NCBI RefSeq assembly: GCF_021869535.1
Contig: NW_026262582.1
Span: forward strand, 61,566,001-61,630,000
Reading direction: 5' to 3'
From: Mytilus californianus
Lineage: Eukaryota
Length of the DNA stretch: 64,000 bases
Made by a program: the position numbers and the translations under genes. Each line of letters opens with the position of its first letter. Position 1 is the first letter of the stretch. The notes under the pieces are model-generated. The model worked only from the letters and a program-made list of their open reading frames with translations. It did not search any database and was not told the origin of the DNA. Positions 37,700-48,400 of the stretch are shown here, piece by piece.

Positions 37700-39213
37700 A
37701 AATCTTTTAAGAGGGTTATAGACACAAGTAGAAAGGGTAAACAATTGAATGACTTACATTACAATAATAAGACAGAAATCTAAAAGATAAATACTTTCTT
37801 TTTATGAAATTCAAGATAACTGTCATATTTCCCAGTTGACTTAAGATTCAAGTAACACATATTCCTTTCTTTTTGTTAAATATAAACTTCTATTATTACA
37901 TTTGTAATTCATGATTTCCAAGTAAAATAAAAACCAATATTTCACATGTGAAACTTATCCTGAATTTTCACTCAAATCTTGTTAAAATATGTATTTTAAA
38001 AAGAATACAACAACTAATAAAAATATTTTCTACAACAGCTACGACTAAATAATGCCTTATCTTTTTGGTTAACATATTCAAAATCTCCTTTAAAAACACG
38101 TCATATCTCTATGTTATCTACTAATTTACCCTAACACTAATAAAACATATTTCTCCTTGAATTATAACAAATATTCCTGCATCTTAAAACTGATAGTCGG
38201 TGGGGAGTTTTCATTGTCATATTTAGTTTATATGAGTTTCTCATCATATTGTCAAACCAGCTTTTGATCTTATTTATATATAGCAATGCCTTGTACTTGG
38301 TAAAATATTTGAATCTCTTTAGATAACAATACAATGTAGGTCATTGGATCACTGAATATATACATTATATATAATGATTGGCACATATTTTACACTCTTG
38401 GATTCGTGTGCACACATTATTTATTTGAAATCTTCTAAGAGAGTTTCAGAAACGGATTTAAAACAAGTTTAATATGTAAAAATTTGTTGATAATTAATAC
38501 CCTGATTTTATAAGTTATTATGACTCACATTAAAAGGGAAATAAAAACTTCTTATTTTTGTCTATTTAAAGAACATATCCAGTAGCACATCTTTTATCAA
38601 ATAGTATCAAAACAGTTTGTAATTTTTGTTAGCACTAAGCTACTGTAAATTCAGCATTTCTTTGCACATTCATCAATCATACAGTATGTTAAAACAAAAC
38701 AAAGATAAATGATTAAAGTGAAAGAATTGGGTAAAACTTACCTAAAACAAAAGAAAATCTCTGCAGAATGCTAAAGTATATTTTAACAGTTTACATAATA
38801 TTAACAAGATGTAAGAATAAATCAAAAACTGAGATGTAAGGATCACAGAATGATACAAGTTTCCTGAGAAAGATGAAACTTATGAAAGTATGTCAAATTT
38901 GTCTGCCAAATCTAGGGGGAGACAATAAGAGGCTTAGACGGTATATCAAAATACCTAATTCTTTAAGCCAAAAAATTTTTTGGTTGTTCTTGTTTTCTTC
39001 TTCAGAAAATATTTCTTTAAAAAATGTTTTGTATTGTACTGTACAGCAAAATTTAATATTTTTTTTAAATTTCCAAATCTTCATCTCATTTTATTGCACA
39101 TTTTGTAAGCTTATATCATATTAAACATTGGTCTGCAAAAAAATTAAATATTCCAATTTGACAGGATGCAGAAAAGGGGAGACAAATCTGACATACACAA
39201 TGTGTTAAACATT

Positions 39214-39409
39214 TTAAGGATAAACAGTCTTTGCTGGGCTGTCCAAGCCTATGTAGACAGGATTCTTTGCATCAGCGATTACTCGTACACCAAGATAGGA
39301 GATGAAACCATCAATCGTGAATCCAAGTCCTGAAGCTTCAACGATCTTCTTGTATGCTTCAGCCTCTTTTTCATACTGGGCAATAATGGCCTGTGCTTCA
39401 GTCGTAGCT
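39214..39409 (-). CDS. SPFH-B terminal exon 6
   Basis: 196 nt, ATTEAQAIIAQYEKE..KNPVYIGLDSPAKTVYP*. Confidence 0.9.
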
Positions 39410-42400
39410 CTAAAATAGGATAAAAAAGGCTATTATTCTGGAAAATGCATTAATATGAGTAGTTCATTCACAATTTCTCTCGACAGAGGAGTTGAAAGTT
39501 GGCATTGACAGGGATCTCAATGGATGAATTTAACCATAGAGAAACTTCCACTGAAACAAAAACCCAGCATGATGCCATTTAAATTTATCCATTTTGTTGT
39601 ATGAATAGTTGAGACTGATATTGTTTAAAATTCACATTGTATAATGGTATGTCAGGGGTGACAAAGGTAAAAGTGATGAGCCTTCATTAGCCAGACATTC
39701 ACCAAGGGGAAATTATACAGTAACTTGGGAGGCCCTTTCATAATCATACAATAGGGGTTTTGCAATTACAGGTACTGTGGATTCATTATTATTCGTTGGA
39801 TACCAATTTTCGTGGGTTTTGTCCGGACAGGTGAACCATGAATTCAAATGTTCAACGAATAACATATTTTCAATAGGCTTTGTATACAGAGATTGGCAAA
39901 ACCACGAAATCAAATATCCACGAATATGCAAGTTTTTAGCGATCCACGAAAATTGATACCCACAAAAAATAAATGAATCCACAGTAGTAGTCAAAACAAA
40001 AATGGTGGTGACTAGGGTAACTTACACAAATTTAGCTGCACATTTAAACATGGTGGAGGTTATTTAACAATGTCATGAATGTCAGCCGAGACATTATTCT
40101 GACTACGAAATCAACCAGTCTTTGTTTTTCCCCTTACTGGCTTAGCAGGAAGCAGCAAATATCAATTTAAAAGTCTGGATAAGGATATAACTGACAACCT
40201 CCTGCACCTAAGGCAACCTTGCTACCAAGATACCAGGGAGCCAGTTGTATCCTTCTACACTTAAGGCCAGAATACTACCACCAGACCATCTATGCAGTAT
40301 TTTTGATTTGAACTTTAAAAAAACAATATTCTCTTACCTGTTAGCTAATATACGAGCATCGGATTCTGCCTTGTCTATAATAATTTTGGCCTGTGTTTCG
40401 GCTTCACGTTTCTGTGTCTCAGCCTCTGTCAAAAGTCTTGGACGTTCATTGTTGGCCACCTGAATGTCTTCCCTGGCTCTTTCTTTACTCCTAATGGCAC
40501 TTTCATACTCAGATGGTCGAGCAATGTTACTTACCTAAAAAGGTAGAATATTGTTTAGCAACTTCACATACAAATGTACAAATGAAATGTAACAACAAGT
40601 TTATGTTACATTTTCCTGAATATTGAGCAATGCTTCTTTCAAATTTAGCTGATGTTAGTAGGTAGTTATTTAATATACAAAGGGAAGTAATCCTTTTATT
40701 ATTTAATGATTATCTTCCTTATTGACATTGTCTCTCTCATGTGTGTAGGTTACAATAAACAATTAGATTTTATGGGCGCAGCCATTTTATGAGCATAACA
40801 TGGTATTCAGAATTAAGAGTATAGCTAATCCTGATTGGTTGATATGTGCGCCCGTTATTTTTTTTTATTAGAGACTTTGTGCATTCTGCATTTTACCAAA
40901 GGCCAAATAAATTATTTTCCTTAGCCCTAAAGGAACTGAGATGTCTTTTAAACGATAGGATAAGACACGTATTTTTAAGTGCAAATGGGAGATAAGTACA
41001 AATTACTCTAAGAAAAGCAACGCGAACCTATATTTTTTGGACCAAAAAATACTGTCCTAATAACTTTTCTTTAATTCTAGCAAGGTTTCGTTAAAAAAAT
41101 CAACTTTCTAAAGTCTGTATCTCGAAAAAGGCTATGATTGTCGCCTATGGGGAAATTAATGGTTTATTTCAATCTGTACACTTACTGTTCATCATTCTAT
41201 TATACTGTATTCTACCATTGTTTTAACAAAATAATTTTAATCATTGTATGAAATTTCAAACTCACAAGGGATGGTGACTGATGAATAAAGAATTTCTATT
41301 TCTATTACACATTAAACTTTGCAAGATGTTACAGACCAAAAAAAGTGATTTAGTACAAAAAACATTTCTTTCAATGTTATACTGGTCTTTTTCAAGTTTA
41401 ATTCTGCGATATTTGCATGTTTCTGTCCTAAGTCAAGAACTTGTATATCATAATTTTTAGAAACCTGACCAGTCAACTTATGTTTTAAGCTTCGTTGATT
41501 CTGTAAGAATATTTATACCACGTATGATTATTTGTATTCTATTTTTCATATTTGTTTTTATTCTCGTCAATTTTATTTTTATATGTCTATTCTCGTTTAT
41601 ATTATTATTTATATTCTGTTTGACCTTCCTGAGCACCTGAAATCACCCCAACATCACCATATTTAACTATGTAAAGTCACTCCTCATAGGGATTTACAAC
41701 TGAATCTCTTTGTAAGTACTGTATAAACAAACAAGCATTGCAGGCATTGTTATGCTAAGCATACCCACACTCATAATTCAAGTATTCGAAAGCAGGAAGC
41801 AGGTGTATGACAGATCTTAAAAGTGCTCAAATGTTACAGCTGGCCTCTTTCAAGCGCCTGACTAAATTTTAAATCACTCTGTTCAGTCATACTTGAGAAA
41901 AGGTGTGACTGAAATATTAATGCGATGAATGGACAGATGGATCAAAGGACAGACAGACAAAATGAATGCAATATATAGCCACCACTCCCAGAGGGAGCAT
42001 ATAATACCTTGAAAGCTATATTTTCTCACCTGTAAATCGGTAATATCAGCATTCAGTTCTTCATATCTGCCCACAATTTGTTCTCTAACTTTTTCCTGGA
42101 AGTTGGCACGCTCTGCTTGGAACTGAGATGTGTTAAAATAGCTACATGATTCATGTAAAGCTGATTGCCCTGAAAAAAAATATTCATGAATAAAACATAT
42201 TATGTTCAAATAGTTTATTCATTGAAAATAACATTTTGCTAAATGTTGGCAAACATCGAAACACACAGATGGGAGGTAATATTAAGGAAATGTCTTAAGT
42301 GAGGCAACATAGCATATATATTTTGTTTGTTAAGTTTGTTTTACATGTGCATGCTTGAAGTGATCATTACATATGGTATTTCTTGTATAATAATGGGTAT

Positions 42401-45400
42401 AGGACAGTGTTTTAAACAGAGAGAAAGGACTTTTTCATTTCTTTCACTATATATCCATGATATCATGTATATGTTTTGAATTGCTTGCAACAAATCTTCA
42501 AAATTTGTATAAACAATGAAGTATTTGTTATTTTAAAATATTAAGAATTATTCACAATAGCAATCTTTTCAATACTTTCATATCTTCATTGAATGCCTCA
42601 GTGGTCTCGTGGTAGCATGTTTGCCTCGAGGGCGGGAGGTCTTGGGTTTAGAACCGGGCCAATTGACCCAATGACTTCAAAAATTGAAAAATTTTGCTTC
42701 TCCACTGAGCACAAAGCATAAAGGAGTAAAATCAAAGACCAGAATATGCATTTAATTTGCCACTTGACATTAAACAGCAATCCATCCATCATGTCTTCGT
42801 AGAAGACTTTTAAAAAACACCATTTTTTTCATTAAATACATGTATAAGACTGCATGAACATTTTCTGGTAATATTGTATACAATACCTGCATATCTGAGA
42901 ACTTTAGTGTAACCATCTTTATCCCTGAAGTCAAGGATTACCTCCCTTAGTTTGGCAGATCTGACTTTGTACTGATAGGTAACATCTAGGACAATTTTTA
43001 CGCCATCTTTGTTTAAACACTGAAATAAAAGAAAGCAATATGTAAGAAAAATATTTTATATGTCTTGAAAGAGTACAGTACGGCCAAATTTCAGTTTATT
43101 TTACTCATATAAAAACAATGGCATATCAGCATAAACTTAGGGCTACATAACTGGTATGGTATTTCTGGCCTATTTGAAGAACGATCAACTTCCAACTGAA
43201 TAAAACCTATTCAGTCAGGCTCATTTAATAGCAATATATATTTAAATCTTTTAAATCTTAATTCTAAATTCTAAAACCTCAACCACTCAAGACCAGCATG
43301 TAAAAAGGTCTTTTTTTGCTTTGCTTTATCAATATTTTTCTACATTTGTACTTAATTTATTTATCATGTATAACAAGTAGTTCATAGTAGACAAAGCCAT
43401 GATACTCTTCTGCAGTTATTTCAATAAATGATCATCTACAGGTGAGTTACAAATTAAGAATAAAGACATCTATAATTTAAATATACTAGATTCCGAAATT
43501 ATTGCTTGAATTCATTATTGCATTTTTTGAAGAAAGGACAAAAAAACATGGTTAATTATTGTGATTTCAGGAAAATCTGCAGACAGATATATATACAGGT
43601 ACCAGATATCAGAATGCAAGTTCTTATATATGTGATAGTCAATCAGACGCATTATTCGCATTATGAAAACCTTGCAATAATTTCAGAATTTACAGTACAG
43701 TACAAATAAAGCGAACATGTTCCAAAACTCCCTACACCACGATAATTGGTGTGACACCAGGAAACTCCAATATCCCTCCCTAAATTCTCGGAGAAATTTG
43801 GGAGTATTCCCTCCGACTTCCGTGTAAATCCGCTACCTTTTGTTTATTGTATTAGCGATATCTCTCCCAGCACAGTGTCACACCTTGTCACACCAGGTAA
43901 TTAATTGCCCTAATCCTTCTGATCTATGCCGGCACACAACAGTCAAGGTATGTGAAATTTCTTATGTAATTAAACAATTGTATTTCCTGTCTATTTATAA
44001 TCAGGTAACTGGTTATATATCTAATTGCTTGAAACAAATAAAAGATTTAAAAGCAAAATTTTGTTGTTAATTCTTTCAATTGCATTGAATAGTTTTATAA
44101 AAAAAAAACTATACTTGATTTTGACCTCGTTTTTTTTTCACCGGTAAATTAATATTTTATTTACAAAAGGGATATACTTGTGTAAAAATAAACGGAAACT
44201 ACCGCTGAATAAATGTTAGCAGTTTAAAGAAAATTACGTGTCTCAAAGTTTTGTATATGCAAGTAAAAAAGAAAATATTATTCACCATTCGTTATGCTTA
44301 ATAAGTCTACGGCATTACTTTAGGTTATTCAATACATTTCGGCTACAACAGGAATACTTCCACACTGAGCTGCATAAACTTGTCTTTGCATAATATTTAT
44401 TTACGCACAATGAATGTAAACTTGTGTGTTGTATTTTGGACAGTAATCTTAAAAGATTTTAAAAGAAATTAATTTACCATGGGAAGACAATTCCTCGATA
44501 CACATCTCAGTGATCAACAGTGTGAACTTGAACTTGACCTCGCTAACAATATTAAATGCTAAAAAAAGTGGACATCAATTTTATCCACAGCACAAGATTT
44601 TTATTTGGCGGGAAATAATATCACGTACCAGTAAACATGGTAAACTCAGGTGACCTATCTGAACGACCGTGGGAAAATTCATTCAGGTTTATAAAGTTGC
44701 TTTGTATTAATGATTGACAGGTTTGTGCGTTAGTATTGAGGCTCTATAAGGTCCTTTTACAATTGATTAACCGAAATCTAAAATATAATCCTTTTCCGAA
44801 TAAACGAACACACGTCTTCTTTAATTATTTTATTTTTAATATTTTATCAGTCAAAACAGGACGTAGACTTGAACATTAGTTATACGTCCATGGTCAACAA
44901 TATAAATTTATGATTGATGAAAACACAATGCATGTCATTCAGTTGGGCGTTGGTAGAGATCCTCTGTGAAAATGCGTAGATCGTTAAAATTCTGTCCACT
45001 TCTTTTTTCACATATTTTTTCTTGTAGTATCTGGGTACACGTACGTTATTATTTCATTTTAAATTTTTTCGTATATATATTTGATTTTTTTTCTATAGTA
45101 ATTGTTGAAATAATTATTTTTTTTCATTTCGCCAAGGATTTTTAACTAGCAGTAAAATACGGATTGAGATCATCCAATTTTAATTTAAATAATTACAGAT
45201 CAATAACAGAGATAAACGCATGATTTTTTTTTTCATATGATTAATTAACTAAATAAGTTGTGAATGTTGTGTTGTGCCTGGGCGAGGAATTTCTCTCAGT
45301 ATTTTGTTTTTATGAATAAAGGGCATGCATACAAAAGTTATTCCCTTTGTTCAACAGAGTTGTCACTTTACAGTTTCTTTTCGGAATTCAAATAATTCAA

Positions 45401-48400
45401 GTTGGTAATTTACTGAGGTAGTGAAACATAATATTTTACATTGCAAAATAAATTGAAAATGACAGAGTTTACTTGTTGATCCGATAAATTAACTCTGTGG
45501 TTTAGGTAGGATGAGTTACCGTAAAAACAACATTTTGTTTTAAGCCAGGTGATTTTAATATAATGATTAATGCACCGGATATTGCTAACTGAGTAAGTCA
45601 TAAAAGATTCTAATTGTGGTAAAATCGTCTTTGTTGAAAGGACACAAAGTATGACCTGACCGGACTATAATAGAAATACAAAATAACAAGTTTTTTCTTC
45701 ATATTTTTATTCGTTCGTACGTTTCATTTCAAATGACAATGACATGGGACAAAAATATATAATAATGAAAGAACCTTAGTGAGCGGGCTCACATACCCCA
45801 CGTCCCCACATTGTCATAGGAGAAATAAAATAAGTGTCAGAAAAAAAAATTGTATCAGAAAAAAAAATTGAATCATAATTTCCTGTCAATATGCACATCT
45901 ACATAGTATGTCCTTATTATCTACACAGTTTCATGAAATTCTGCTGTGTGGTTTGAGAGGAGTTGCGATGACAAAAGGTTGCAGTAGTATATTGGGCAAA
46001 TAAGTTCAAAGGGGCGTAACTCCTGGAAAAAAAATTGAATCGTAATTTCCTGTCGCTATGCACATCTACGTAGTATGTCCTTATTATCTGAAAAGGTTTC
46101 ATGAAATTCTGTTGTGTGGTTTGAGAGGAGTTGCGATGACAAAAGGTTGCAGTAGTATATTGGGCAAATAAGTTCAAAGGGGCGTAACTCCTGGGAAAAT
46201 AATTGAATCGTAATTTCCTGTCGATATGCACATCTACGTAGTATGTCCTTATTATCTGAAAAGGTTTCATGAAATTCTGTTGTGTGGTTTGAGAGGAGTT
46301 GCGATGACAAACTGTTGCAGCAGTACATTAAAGTAAATAAGTTCAAAGGGGCGTAACTCCCAGAAAAAAAATTGAAACGCAATTTCCTGTCGATATGCAC
46401 AACTACATAGTATGTCCTTATTATCTAAAAAGGTTTCGTGAAATTCTGTTGGGTGGTTTAAGAGGAGTTGCGATGACAAGAAACAGGACTGACGGACGGT
46501 AGTATATTGGGCAAATAAGTTCAAAGGGGCATAACTCCTGAAAAAAAAATTGAATCGTAATTTCCTGTCGATATGCATATCTACGTAGTATGTCCTTATT
46601 ATCTGAAAAGGTTTCATGAAATTCTGTTGTGTGGTTTAAGAGGAGATGCGATGACAAACTGTTGCAGTAGTACATTAAAGTAAATAAGTTCAAAGGGGCG
46701 TAACTCCTAGAAAAAAAATTGAAACGCAATTTCCTGTCGATATGCACAACTACATAGTATGTCCTTATTATCTAAAAAGGTTTCGTGAAATTCTGTTGGG
46801 TGGTTTAAGAGGAGTTGCGATGACAAGAAACAGGACTGACTGACGGACGGACGGACTGACGGACGGACTGACGGACGGACTGACGGGTCAAAAACATTAT
46901 ACCCTCCGCAAACTGTTGCGTGGGGTATAATAATTATCTTATTGTGAATGATAATGTCACATCTTTATCTGTCAAAGAAATGAAATCATTTGTTAAAATT
47001 TTAATACCGTGTTTTTAAAGCACACAGGTGCAATCAAGATCGATAAAATGTTCATAGGTAAATAATCTGGCTAATCAGATTATGTTGTCACACGTCGTTA
47101 ATTTTTAGTACATCCGATGGGCAATAAACCAATTAACAGCCACACGGTGTTGGGAGAGAATCTTTGGAGGAAATTGGGAGTATAATCCGTGATTCGTGGT
47201 GTGACACCGCTACACCCCGAAATCGGTGGTAAGAGTTCGCGATTATAAACTCTCTACGTGTACTGTAGTTGGCTTGGATATATTTGTACTTCTCTAATAC
47301 ATAAACCTAATCATATTCTATTTTGTCTACATTCATATGAACATAAAGTATCTATTAAATAAAATAAAACACTTGTTTCTATCAGAAAAGCTCTACAGCA
47401 TGTGCATCTAATTTATAAAACATGGAACGATGATAAAAGTATGGAATTAACAGAGGTATTTACACTTTTGGTATTTAGCTAAATTTTGTCTCTGAACAAC
47501 CATAGATCTTTCTCGGAAAAACCTTCTGACTTAATGCAACAATCACTTTTAAATTATTACAAAATGTATTATGTCAAATGTTTTAAATTGTGCCAATATT
47601 TTGTGGGAACTTGTGTGGTTTTAAGGAATGGCAGACACACATGCATACAAGAGTAAATAGGTATATACTTACTTCTAAGCCATTGAATGAGAGTGATTTG
47701 TACACACTTGGAAATTTGATGAATTCAAAGCCTGGAGGTCCTGTGTGTAAACCTTCTCTTTCTGTGCTATCATCTAACTTTTTCTGAACTGTGTCATACT
47801 TTATACCAACTTTTAACATAATAAGAAAATGATTAGATTGTAGGTCCTGGATGGCTTTCTTTTTCTTAATTATAATGCATTCATAAATTATAGAAAGATA
47901 TCAATAAAGAGCCAACAGATGAACAGTCAAGGGACTTACTTAAATGAGTGATTTTCTAAATCACTGATTCAAGTAACATTATGTCTACAAAGGTTGGAAG
48001 TAAGAGTTGTCTTTCTTTAATAATCACCTATTTAAGTAGTACAAATAAATCACTAGATTAAGTGATTTATTTTAATTGCAGATTTAACTATACAATACAG
48101 GGACTACTTATGTTGCTAAAATTATCAGAACCAACATCTGTATTGATAAGATGACCGGTCATGTCAGGTGATGACCTTGTACTTGAATTTGGAATAATGA
48201 CATAAGGAATCACTTGTTTAAGTATCATACCTCTATTGTCTTCCAAAAAATCACTTCTTTAAGTATTATTATTTTAATAACCCCCACTTATTTCAACACC
48301 CCCCGAACAGTGAAATTTTGGTCCTGAACAATAAAATTTTATTACATAATCTGTAAGATGAAACCTTGAATTGTACAGGAAAAATACTCCCACTGCTGGG

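Noticed and set aside
39214-40534. Gene conversion as the cause of high A/B identity in exons 5-6
   Set aside because: Numerous synonymous differences persist in exon 6, which fits purifying selection better
45917-46747. Five overlapping 108-117-aa ORFs with repeated peptides
   Set aside because: They are products of the ~167-bp HINE core repeats
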